The notes under the pieces are model-generated. The model was not told the origin of the DNA. It made no database searches and was given only the letters and a program-made list of their open reading frames with translations. A stretch of DNA of 64,000 nt from Phoronis australis (lineage: Eukaryota; Animalia; Phoronida). The stretch is taken from contig NMRA01000126.1 of assembly GCA_002633005.1 (NCBI GenBank), forward strand, positions 543,883 to 607,882. The letters are read 5' to 3'. The position numbers and the translations under genes were made by a program. Shown here piece by piece: positions 1 through 12,904 of this stretch (its first letter is position 1; each line of letters starts with the position of its first letter).

Positions 1-3000
1 TATTTGAATTTTAAATTTTATATGACAGTTATGCTGTCTCTAGTTAGAGTACTATCTGTGATGGAATTCTGTTTCTTTTTCCCCATGACTCCAATTACAC
101 GTGCACATAAGGAATGTATCTTTTTTCGCATTCTGTGAGAACCTTTTATGGTCTGCCATTGTTTGATTTTCGCTTTGTCAGCCATTTAGTTTGGTGCACT
201 CTATTAAAATGAAAAACCAGGCCATCAATTGCCTAATTTCTTTTCTCAAGCACGTCATCTGAGATTGAATGACCCCCTTTAAACATTTTCATGTATTTAA
301 GTTCGTAAAGAATGCTTAGGAAAATTTTGAAGATTCCCTCCAGGCAAATATTAACCTTGCTGGTTATTTTGTAAATTCTTCTTACAAAATCATGGTAATG
401 GATGATTTAGTGAAAAACAAATTACTTAGTCTTTTATCCAACTAATCGTCTATTTCATTACAAATGGTAGTTGAATTGTTAGATGTGATCCTAAATAAAA
501 TGCAAATTTTTCCTGCTAAGGCTTAAACTGACTAGGAAGTAACATACAATTGTTAGCATTTCTTCAAGTTAATTTATCAATAAAAACATAATTATCAAGT
601 GGATTTTTGGAATAAATCTTTAGTGTGAAAGAACACCAATGAATTCAAAGAAGAGAGTTTGTCAGGATGTTTGTATTGTATCACAGCTTTCTGTATGTGT
701 TTGCACCATTTGTTTTAGATCAGTCTCTCCTATCATAACTGATGTGCCTGATGAAGATCCAGGAATGAATGTATATCCTGTGTTCATGTGTTTATATTCT
801 CTTCGTTTTCTGAAATGAGTATTGGGTAACAATTGCATCTGTTATTCCCAACTTATGAGAGGATTCTGATGAAGTTAGAAAAATTGTGTGGAAGCACTTG
901 TATTAAGAACAATTTACCACCAACGCACTTAGAAATTCAAAGCACATTTTTGTAACTTTTGAAGGTTTGCTGTATGCTGTTTGTCAAAACATGAGGTTTT
1001 AAAAAAAGGAATCTTGACTATTTAAGCTAGTGAACTAAATTACCATATCCCTGATGTCTCTGTTGGCATTTTACGTAGTGAGCTATTCTGCAATTTGTTG
1101 TTTTGGATTATTTTGCTGCCCTGAACTGGGTTTGGAATGTATGAAAACTGAAAACAGGCTATTTGCTGTTATAACAATTGTGCAGTTATTGCACTAAAGC
1201 TTCATAATGAAAAACCTTTAGTGGAAAATTGAGTTAGCTGTCCTAACCGTTGACAACACCTGCCTTTTATCATATTTTAGTGGAGTCTATGCCTGTCATA
1301 TGAATTATTTGCACTAATCCAACTCTGACAATGCAGCATCAAAATGTGTTGACTCTTTTAAGATAATCAGTCATTAGTTTGGAGATTTGTTTAGTTCCGT
1401 TTTTTTTTTTTGGAAAATTTGCTTTTCTGATTTGGTTCTTTTTCCATAATTATCTGGCACTACCTTGTGATTGTTTGGATAACTTTTAGGTGACTTTTCA
1501 TTGGCTAATGTGTTTAATAGAGTGGCTATGGAAATATAATTCTGATTAATTATCCTAAGCGATCTCATTTATAAACTACCTTAAGCAAAGATTTTGGTGT
1601 GGTGACTCAAAGCTGACCTATTTTTAAGTACATATAGTATATCTTATATCTTTGGACAATGTAACGCAACATATCCTGAAGCCAGTTTCTTTTGATGCAG
1701 CGGAAAAGCATGAGTTCAATTCGCGCTCCCTCGTCATTGTCTCATTTTTTACTGAAAACCAATATCGGATGTTAGCAACAATTGAATGCTCTTATGACGT
1801 CACAGCCACTGGGGCTCTTGTCTTGCTATGGGCGATTAGACACTGGTCTTCTTACTTTTCATATGCTGCCGATCTAGCAAATAACCTCTTGGGCACAACT
1901 GAGCTTTGAAAGTTAACCGCAAAAAGTAGTTGGTTGTGAAACACAAGTTTGTGGAATACCCTCAGGCTTCAAACGATGTGGGCACTTTTGTGCAACAATT
2001 TCATGCTGGTATAATGCAAGTTATGCTAAAATGAATGATTCATTGAATAAAAAATGTCTGAACCTCTGGCAGGCCATTCTAACACATGTGCCACCCAAAA
2101 GGGCATCATTATGAAAACTTGCCATTTGAGGACAGGAAATGGGGAACAAGTAAAATTAGGATTTCCTCTTCTTTCTATAAAAGTGTAGAAGGTTAGCTAT
2201 AAAACATGGTCTTGTGCTATTGTGATGTTCAAGCGACCATTGCAAAAGATTTTGTAAAATTGTACCTGTTACACTTTTTTCTATAAAGAATACAATTTGG
2301 ATAAATATCAAAATGTTGTTTTATTTAAACTTTCGTCAAACACGAACAGGAAGAAAACTACTTTATCATTTGCAGGTTTTATATAGAGAAACATAAATAT
2401 GCAAATTTGGCTACTGTAACTTTGGAAAATTATGTCTGATCGGGTTCACTGTGAAATTTTCAGGTACTATGCTTTATGCACTATTTTCCAAAGCACTCAT
2501 TTTCAGTAAATGTTTTTAACATGTTCCAGTTTGCATTAGGGTCTATCAAAGGTTAGGACGCCTATGGTCCCTAATGAAAAAACTTGCATAAACAAAGAAA
2601 AAAGATAATTTTGAAAACTGTAACAGCATTTTGAGATTTCAGGTGAATGTAAATATCAAAAACAAAATTTGGTCATGTTATTGATACCATTATTTTGCAT
2701 ACTAATTAAAAAATTAATTAACTGATATTCTATGAAAATATTGCAAATGGTTGTTTTCATGAACTTCTGCTGTTTTGCAGTTGTGTACCCAGTAATACTA
2801 AACCTACCAGAATGACAAGCGCAAATTGATTTGCGCCTTGCTCCACTATCATCTTCACAACTTTTAGAGGATTGTTGTCTAAACATGGAGCTGATTTGGT
2901 ACACCTTGTCCCTGGTATGTTTAGATATATTTGTAGCATGGTACTTGGTTTTTATAATTAATAATTGTGCTTTATCTGCATTACACCTTTCCTCAGTCAA

Positions 3001-3010
3001 GACGACTTCT

Positions 3011-3050
3011 TTGGCATGTTACAGTTGAATTTGGCATGTTACAGTTGAAT
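3011..3050. repeat. Perfect 20-bp tandem duplication
   Basis: ttggcatgttacagttgaat twice. Confidence 0.9.
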
Positions 3051-5050
3051 GCAGTGTTCAGTTGGTATGCATATATGACCTCTAGTGGCCACAATGCAAA
3101 TCAGATTCACTGCAATTTGATATGTTACTGTGCCCTTGTAGCCTCATGGTCACAAATTCATTCTTTCTTCACCCTACTTAGAAAACTAGCCACAATATTT
3201 TAGTAACTGGATTCCCTTCAACTGTACACGATAAGAATATGAAGTCTTTCTATGCCGAGTGGTGGGTGGTTTTACAGAAATTTCGAGAAAAGGGCAAGAA
3301 AGAGACTGAAATTACTTCTCACAGGGAGCTTTTTAGCAACAGGTTAGCACTTGTGGAAATTACAATGAATAACTCTTGGGTAATGCAATGAAAACAAGGG
3401 GATCAATAAAAGAAGTTTTAAAGATCCAATGAAATAAATATGGTACCTTTCTCAAAGCAAGTTCCACCTGGATGAGCTCATTTTGAGCATCTAGGACCTC
3501 GGTGATTGAAGCAAAACTGAAAATGGGCCTTCGGTGAAACATTTCAAGGAGGCACAGCTTTAAAATTCACCGTTGTATTCTTTGGGAATATTGGGTTCAG
3601 GGAGGTTAGAGAAACTTCACTTCAATCGAAGAATTTGATTATGCTTTTGCTGAAAAAAAACTCCAATCTATATCAAGGATTTGATTATGAAAACAGCATG
3701 GGTAAAGGTCAAGTGTGTCGTTGCCACTCAAATTTGATTCATCTGTTGTTTGGATACAATTACCAATTGTATAACCCTACCTTTTTTACTTATAAATAGT
3801 AATTTACACTTACTAGCAAATTATTTTCTTTAATTAGAGTCTGGGGTAATAGGAAACTTGGGGTAGGATGGTCAGTAAATGTAGTTATTAGCTATTGCAT
3901 CATGAGCTCAGGATTGTTGACTTTGTAAATAAACAAGATTTTTAATTTTATTTCACCAATGACCATTTTACAAGTTTGTTGTTCCACATCTTTGTTTTGA
4001 ATATTTTTATTTTGCTTCAAAAAATGAAAACTCTTATCTTGTTGTTTTGTTGTTTTGTATTTTTGGAATTATAGTCAATAGCACAATGAAGAGGAGGACT
4101 GTGCATCTTATTTCTTAAAAATCGTTCAAACTCTACTTTTTAACTCACATTTAAGTTTTCTGTGAGAGAATTTCATCAAACTTCTTTGTTGTTTTCGAAT
4201 AGCGTAGCCAATTGTTCAACGCTACGTTTTGATCAAATTTACTTATTGATCATTGCAGGGATGTTTCTTCACAAACCCACATTGGAGTTGTTCTTCCAAT
4301 GTCTCCTCATTTAATTTTTTCAATGACTAGTGAACGTGTCTTCTTATTTTATCTCCTGACATTGCATTTGAACAATAATTTTGATTTAACTAGGGAAATT
4401 TCTCTTATCGTCACATACGTTGATAGTAATTTTGTAAAATTTGTTGAAAAGTTGACATGATTGATTAAACAACAATGAATTAAATTAATCTGATTTACCT
4501 TTTTCTTCTGCAGGTCTAAAGTGCATTGTTATCCAATGTTACCCAGCGGTTGTTCTTTACAGTCTCCGATAGTGGTGGAAATAGTAAGACTGCCGGGACT
4601 CACGTTTCAAGAGAATTACTCCCAACTGACAATGAAGTCACAAGTCACTGGGTTTTTAAAGGGTTCGCCGCACAATGTCTCCTTCCATGCAGACATGTTA
4701 CAGACAAGGGTGTCAATGAATGGCTACACAACTGATGCGCTATTTAATTCCACCGTCTTTTGAAAGTGAAATGGTATTACCCTTGATTAATGAGTTGTAA
4801 ATAATAAACGGAGCTTGGCTATGAAAGGTGTATACAGGAAATATCATAACAGGACATTCATTTATCATATTAATTTTGAGGTGATTGTCAAGGAATCAAT
4901 GGTGCTCAGTCTAACAGTGGTTAGTTTCATGTTTTTAATATGGCTAAGTCACTGATTTATTGGCCTAGTTTAAAATATTTAAAAGAAATTAATATTGAAT
5001 CTCACCTGAATTTGTTTCTTTAATCTATTTGTGGCTCCGCTTTTAGACGT

Positions 5051-5267
5051 CAGTGTTTAATGCACTACTTACTCACTAGGTGGTGCTAGTGTAACCAGGG
5101 TCAAACCCCTGGAAATGCCTGCATACAGGTGGTCAGGATTAACACTAATCTCCTGAATGCCCCCATGGCTGATGTACTGCACTCTGCTCAGCTGTCTATT
5201 CAGATGTTAAAAGGAGAGGCCTTTCTTCAGTAGTGCCACCTAGTGAGCATCCAGTTGCATATTACTG
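5051..5267. mobile_element. Old MITE-like inverted-repeat element
   Basis: tgcactacttactcactaggtggtgcta versus tagtgccacctagtgagcatccagttgca; 12-bp perfect inverted core ctcactaggtgg. Confidence 0.5.
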
Positions 5268-6770
5268 TGGATCTTTAGTTTGAGCTGGTGTTTATAAGAC
5301 ACAAGCTTATGAAATTCTCAGTTGCATTTGACTAGTAGCAGTCATATTCAGCGTTTGAACTTACTATTGTTTTGCTTCTGAGGTTAATGTTATGCAGGAC
5401 CTTAATGCCAAATCATTGCCGGGTTCTTCCAGATTTCTCCAAAACTGTAGAACTCAACTAAAAAATATATATGTATTATTTTCCAACACCATAATGTCTG
5501 TAGAGGTGTGGTAACTTGTTCTAGGGTAACTAAGGTGCAGTCTCAGCAAAATACTCTATATTAGTATCATAATTTAATTACCAAATTTCTTCATAAAAAT
5601 TCAAGATGAAATCTCAAAAACATGGTCTTTTGTTTTTATTTCATGCATTTTTGAGACGCAAAAAATATGGTAGTCCTAATTTTCAGTAGTACCTGATACA
5701 AACATGAACAGTTAGATATTTCCTATCTGCTAATGGAGAATGATGAATATGCCATCCTATCTGAAATGTTCCATTCAATTCTGAAAGCCATGTCTGAGAT
5801 TTCATGTTCTTAAGTTTGCCAAATTTTGACCTTTTCAATGCTACTTATGGCCTTAAATTCAGTTTGACATCTTTGCAAACATTAGTTTTACATTGTCATA
5901 GATTGTTTGCTGGAATACAAAACAAGGAAGTAGTAAAGTTAACATGTGAACTTTTTGAACACTATTTGCCACTATGTATTTACAGGGTCTGTTCAGCCAC
6001 TAGTTCTAGTAGATCTTTTACACAAAACATGAAGTCGGACCACTATACCAGACTGCCTATAGCAATGGATTATTGACTTGGACTTACAGCTCAGATGGAC
6101 TGAATTTAAGTGTGTACCAGTGCTGCTTACTAGTGCTGGAAAAGTGCTGTTTAATGGATTTTCTTTTATTCTTTTCACTGTGTATTATTAGTGGCTCTTA
6201 ATCATCGTCCATCATTGAAATGTTTAGTAGTAGTAGAGTAGCACCACCACCACCAGTTGTGGGGGAGTTCTCTGCAGACAAGCCCACTGTGTATATTGGG
6301 AAAATATCAATTTATCAACCAAAAAATCCTAGCATGGGGACTGGGTATATTTCCATGTGGTATAGGTTCAAATGTATCAATACTGTAGCCAGCACACAAA
6401 CTGTAACCAAAAAAGTTTATACACAACAATATTCATGTTGGATTGTCCCCATTGGTAGCAGTTAATTGATGAAAATTTACTGAGTTACAGTTTTGCCATA
6501 TTTTTTGGGAAATTGGAAAAAGTTGTTGGATTAAACCATGCATATGTTTTCAGGCTCATCTGGTGAATACACCCACTGGGCCTGTTTGCAGAAAACTGGG
6601 AAAAGGTGTCATTTTATTTATCAACATCAATAGTTATAACAGTAAGAAAAAAGAAGTTGCAATTCCTATTGAAGATGGGAGAACTCTAAATACTAAAAAG
6701 CCACTTGTTGCAGTGGACACTGAAAAAAATCATTGAGACCAAATTATTATTCAATTAACATGCATTAACG

Positions 6771-6912
6771 AAATATAAAATAGTAAAACTATTAAAACTA
6801 AAATGACGAGCGTTGGTACTAAAATATATTAAAATATCCCCACGCATCGAGTGATGCGCTCTTTCTCAAGGGTCCTCATTTTAGTTTTACTAGTTTTAGT
6901 ATTTTATATTTT
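6771..6912. repeat. AT-rich foldback inverted repeat (~36-bp arms)
   Basis: aaatataaaatagtaaaactattaaaactaaaatga versus tcattttagttttactagttttagtattttatattt, two mismatches. Confidence 0.75.
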
Positions 6913-7510
6913 TATTGGTGGGTAACTGCATGGCATTGCAACATCTATTTGATTGCATTAACAAAAATGAGTATGGCACCTAGAGGTATTGAGAACTTTA
7001 ACAACTGTAATTATTTACAGCATTAGTGAGAATGAATGATAACTACGCTGTTGTGTAAAATGGAATGTAATGATAAGATATTTGCAACAAAGGTAGAACC
7101 ATTTAGATTGAGAGGCCAGTGATTTGTAATGCAGGGGCATCTTTGAGTTGAGTGGAACGGCTCTTCACTTTTCATCTGAGGATAAACAGTACGTTTCATT
7201 TTTTTAAATTACAAAAATATGTTCTTGCATATTACGAAATTATCTACTTGGTGTGTAAATTCAGTCGTATAGCTTTGATAGTCCGTCATCTAACTTTCTT
7301 AGCCCAATCCATCGAGCACGACCCGTCTTGTGACTCTTTCTGTCCCATAAAATAGTCACGTATTTGAAATATTTGGAATTAGTTTACATACCTCTGAGAC
7401 CAAGTCAGTTATTTAACTAGCGCAACCTCTTCCTCGAATTATTTCTTATTTCTCCGTTGCCGCTCCGTCCCTTGACGAAGTCATGTTACAGCACCGGGCT
7501 GCTACCGATT

Positions 7511-7947
7511 TCAGTGGCCGGTTGCATGAAACAGTCCCAAATAATAACTAAACCAAGTTCCCTAAGTCTCTATGCGTATTTGTGTCTTCATGGATTCACA
7601 GATTCAATATTTTCTATCATTTCGCCTTTATTATGAGCTCCTCTTTGATTAATGACATTTTCTAGTAATATTACTAAAACCGTGACCAGAGTTCATTGAA
7701 AATAAATAGGGACTCGGTCCTTAAACGGGGGGTGTTGAAAAGATCCCTAATTATTTTCGATAATATTGACAATTCAAGGTAGAGTTGACTTTTGATTTGT
7801 ATCAAAGTCAGAAGTTGACTTAGTAATGAATCTAAAACAATACAAGAAAGGTCAATCAATGTTTTCACAAGTCCAAAAAGTATGCAGTAGTTTTAGGGAA
7901 CTTAGTTGAGTCCCTGTTTGAGACTGTTTCATGCAACCGGCCACTGA
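7511..7947. mobile_element. MITE with ~31-bp terminal inverted repeats
   Basis: tcagtggccggttgcatgaaacagtcccaaa at 7511 and tttgagactgtttcatgcaaccggccactga ending 7947 (one mismatch); non-coding interior. Confidence 0.85.
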
Positions 7948-10900
7948 TCTCTTTACATATTTCATGGAGCTTTTCTTCGGCACACCTTACAAACACTATT
8001 CCGTGGCTTGAAAGTTAACTTAAATTCACAGCAAATAGCAATTCCGTATTAAGCAACTGCGGTGCCCTTTATTCAAATGATCGTACAACGATTATCTTAA
8101 AGCAAATGCAAAAGCAAACTATGAGTAATTGTCACTTTTGAGATAAAGAAATTGAGACGCATTCTGCATGATGACACGGTGTGTCCACTGAGTAACGCTA
8201 GCTGTATTTTAAGATAATTCACACACCGTTAATCAGTGCCCCCGCGCTTGTGCCAGTGTAATATTAAGTATGCTACTTTTGTCAAGTAAATGCATATTGT
8301 GCAAATTTAAGCAATGTTTTGAAAATTTATTTTGCTCTTGTGTATCTCAACAACCCCAATTAAACAGTAAATTCAATGAATTCCTGGCGCCTTGGTGAGT
8401 CTCTGCACTTTTGGGAACCATTGGTTTTTTGTGCCCACGCTTACGTTTTGAGTAGCACTACGACACCTGCAATTCTTTGAATATCATTAACTCAGTGGGA
8501 ACTCGCATCCTTAATCCTACACATGTTGAAAATGGCGGGGCCCCTCACAAACTTTCCAAATTTGGTTCGCATCACCTGGGGTCAGTGCTTCCATAGGCGC
8601 AGGCCTAAGCTTATGAGGTTAGTGCTTCTAAACATGGTGTGAGCTCGGGGCCCCAAAACGCGCGGCGCTAGTAGCATGTGCTACTTCTGGCTATGCTGTT
8701 AATCCGGCACCGGCAAATAGTGATAATGATCAAACACTCTGTCTAAGTACAGATACTGCATTATAGTAGAAAACCGTCACCTGTTACGTCGCTGTTAGTC
8801 GTCTGTTCCAAGACAGTCCTTCTCAATCGAAACGCACGACATGGACCTCTGCAAACTGGAAATACTACGCTTGTTTTTAAGAATTATTTTAATTAATCAT
8901 GAAACATTGCTAATAACATCTGTCTTGAAACGTTTTATTCATGTGAGTGGCTGCGCACGCGTAGTTACTGTGCTGCTACAGTAACACCTCACCTCGTCAC
9001 CAGGTCATGTCCCAACCCTCCGGCCCAAGTCATACTCTATCACAATTGGTATAAATGTCACCTTTACGGAAAACAAGCGGCTGAAAATTCACGATCTCAG
9101 TTGTCAAATGACATGGGTACTGACTAAGGCAAAAGTCGTTAAGCTAGTTTTGAAAAATTTGCACCTCCGTGCGCATAACTTATTTTGAAGTATGAAAGTA
9201 TGGGAGAGTCGCTATGGTGCCCGAGGGTCTTCCGTCCTTGTCTTACGGGGACTTTATCGTTTTTTTTTCGGCCAAAATCCATTGTGGTTATTATTAAGAT
9301 AGATTTCCTGGAGTCTAGCTTTGACCAGGGCTACAAAATAATAAAATTCGTGGTGTTTTTCTGGTTTTGTTACAAATCGCCAATTCTCGCCGGCGGCTGC
9401 CAGATATTCACCAAAATTAAGCCCGATGTCTTTATCATTAAATACGCTTCTAAAAAGTGTGAAATTAACGTGTGGGATTTGGCTCAGCGGCAGCTTATAA
9501 AGCTTTAGGCTGCTATTGTAGGTTCGATTTTACTGCTAATTTTTGTAAAATTACTTTTCTCGTCGAGAATATCCCTAAACCCTTGTGTTCGCGATCATCT
9601 GCATCTAACGTGAGTAACAGCTCATCTTCGTTACGCAATGTAGGTCTTGACACATGCGTTTTATTCAGGCGCAATACACATCGGTGGTCTGTGTCACCAA
9701 AAGACTTGGCCTTCAACAGGTTTGCTCATAAGTTTGTCTTATCCCGGTTGTGACTTTCTGAGACTAAAACGGGATTAAGAGGACTTTTCAGTTCAGGAAA
9801 ATACTCCCAAATTTTTATTTCAGTGAAACGATTACTTACCTTTAAGAAATGACCTTTTAGAGCAACAGGTCTATGCATGCAAACAGTAACATTTCCATAT
9901 AGGTGAAGAGTGTTACCTGTTTCCTTCCACGTAGTCCGTGGCGTAGCTAGAAGGTGCAAGAGTGCGCTAACAGGTGGGTGACACCGACGCGGTGCCGCAA
10001 ACTGATGACGAGCGGGGCGCAAAATTTGGCCATGACCCAGTCGTGACGGGAAAGGGATAATAATACTCAAGCTATGCCACTAGGCGTCGCGACAACTCCC
10101 TTCGCACACTGCTCACGCCCTCATTTCGCCTTTGTTGAGTTCTATCTTATGGAATGCAAACACGTGCACGTCCATTTTTCACTGGGAAAGCAAGCGATAT
10201 AATGTTAAAGGGACACCTAACTCGTGTCTGTTAGAAACCAAATCTTGAGTAAGGTCACTTACTATTAAAGAACCGGCCTCATCTTCCCTACTCGTGTTAG
10301 AAATTATTGTTTTTAACTTAAATATGGGGCAAGTCGTTACTACTTCAGATCGGGCATTTGCCACGGCGACTTAGTTACCAAAGGTATTATAACCGTTACT
10401 TAGTGGAACTTCAGGCGATTTATTGTAACAAATTTCGATTCAAAGGAAGGACAAGGACGTGATGATGTTGCTTTTGAAGAGCAAGTGCAATCATGTGAAG
10501 AAAGTTTTAACACTAAAACATGGTTTACAGTGGGCTTATATTTAGACGTTTAAGTTAATAACATTACCATCTTGAAAATCTGCCAGCGAAATAATTCCCA
10601 TTTTCTTTAATGTGTTTATTGCAGCAGTGTTTTATTGGCTAAAATTTTTTGTATACGTTTTGCTTTCATAGCTTATAGTTTCCGTGAATTGTACTTAATA
10701 ATCTCGCTTGCTTGTCACAAGGTCAAAGTCGAGACTAAGAGAACAGTTTTCGTGCTATGAATGAGTTATGACAATCAAATTGAAATCATGGAAAAATCGG
10801 GATTGCAAAAATTGATCTTCTTTTGGTATTGTATTGTCAATTTGATACGACATGAAGCTATTTCTTATACTAAAGAAAGTGGATTTCATAGAAACGTGTT

Positions 10901-12614
10901 CTTTGATTTTCTATCATCCGTATCCAGCTATTGTTGTGCAGGTGAGTGATCGCTACGGGTTGTGACATTTGACCGGGCGAACCTGTTTGTGTTTTGGGTT
11001 TATAATTCCATTATTGTTACCGGTTTGTGATATACTCAAATGTTTGTGAAAGTTCTTGACATGGCTTGGGGCTAGTAGCTTTATTTTCCCAATACCTTGA
11101 GGAAGATAACAATCACATGCAATGTTAGACAAAGTGCTTGAGGCTAATTTATTGTCACTGAATAGGGTGAAAAGTTTCAACATACAAAACGTGACGTTTT
11201 TAATGCATATTTTAACGATCTGGTTGTGAGAAATAACCCCAACTAACTGTGTTTGCTCCTTTGAGGACGACTTGCAATATTGGGTCATACGTAAAAATAT
11301 CGTCACCACTCCAGCTGCAAGTTGTATAAAATATCTGCCACGTGTCAATATTATTCCAGTTGGCGTAACCCCTAAAATCATAATGGTTGAAGATTCTGAC
11401 CGGTCGACCAGTTTTAACTGTTCTGGAATTGTGTATCGCCGTAATTTGCCGCAAAGTTGCTTTAAAATCCTCTTTCGTCAAAATCCTTAAGGTTATATTT
11501 AGACCATTTACTGTTATGAAACTGGTTTCAACTTGACCCTTTATTCAACAAAATTAGAGGTGATTCCTGGATTTGGAAAGTATGAGACGAGCCGCTCCAC
11601 CTGTTAGCTTGTCACGGTGACATTTCCTGCGTCAGACAACAGCAAACTGGGTTTTTTGCGAGCACAGAAGTCGCTTCTCTTCTGAATCTGAGCAAGGGAA
11701 ATATCGAGGCCAGTTTGATGGCGATACATAGTCTATTGTAAAAGTTCGATTATGTTGATGTTGTTTTTTTATTTTTCTTGCAATGCATTTTCTTTTTAAC
11801 CTCTCGTGTTGATGTTGAATGTTTGATATTTTCATTGAATGAAATGGAAAAGTGTTGAAAAAAACGCTTTTGTGCAAATTTAATTTTACAAAATTTAGTG
11901 TTCTCCTTTATTATCATCTTTTCTGATTTGTTTAAATGATTAAATTAACATACAGTTTAGCAGTGGCAACATTTGCGTTTCACTTATTCGAATTTGCTCA
12001 ATTTCAAAAATGTCTTCAGAAAACGGTTTTTACAGGGCCCGACGGCGTCATTGCGGCGAACCGCAGACATTGCCCAAAAGACCAGACTGTCCATGTAAAC
12101 TACACGGTCGGGAACGCTGAAGAAGAAGACGATTTCTACATGATCTCTTGTTTTGAATAGCTTTTGTGATAACAAGCTTCCTTACGAGATTTTCAACGTT
12201 CCCGCATTTCCTATTTTTCTTCCCAGTTTTGGACATTCTCCTTATTTGTCTAATGTTTGTCATTCATTAATGTGGTGTTGAGCATGTGAAATTGCCGCCA
12301 CAGGCACATTTAAACTGAATAATCTCAGTGGAAAAACGTGTGATCGCTTTAGACTTTGTCAACTCACCCTCTGTGGACTTTTGTGTTAGTGACTATTCAT
12401 TTCTATCGACATTTGACAGTCTGTATTTGGAACTGCATTGTACACATGACTATCTGTTGACAATTATCAAGGTTTACACTATAAATGGTTGTTCTTCCAG
12501 ACCGTGTGTCAATATGACGCGAGGTGCGCGAGCCTGCTTCTCTGTGTGCGTCAAGCATGTTCTGCTCATAAGCGTGATATGCATCTGGTTTCTCCAATAT
12601 GATGGATTCTTTAG

Positions 12615-12904
12615 CAGTGGCGGATCTTGGATACCATAAGGGGGGGCCAACACTTTGTCTCGGGCAAACGCGTAAAGCACGACTGAATGCGCGCACCCAG
12701 CCTGAAATGAATGAGGGATTGGACTTCCGAGAATGTGGACCTCATTGCTGAAATGCAACCGCGCGAGTAAAAAAAACGGGGAGACGCTTCCTACAACTTG
12801 TTTCGGTCGCAATATTTCCTCACGCTCGTGCTGTCTTCCTGTTTTATTTTTTGGCGGCAGCCAAGGGGGGGGCGTGCCCCCCCCTCCCCTAAATCGGTCT
12901 TATG
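12615..12904. mobile_element. MITE with CAGTGGCGGATC-type end and G/C runs
   Basis: cagtggcggatcttgg...ggggggg left end, cccctcccctaaatcgg right end; ends related to element at 14868. Confidence 0.55.

Noticed and set aside
9185-10364. Overlapping 60-114 aa ORFs and minus-strand GT donors near 9839 and 9917
   Set aside because: No recognisable product, and no acceptor or downstream exon chain could be assembled.
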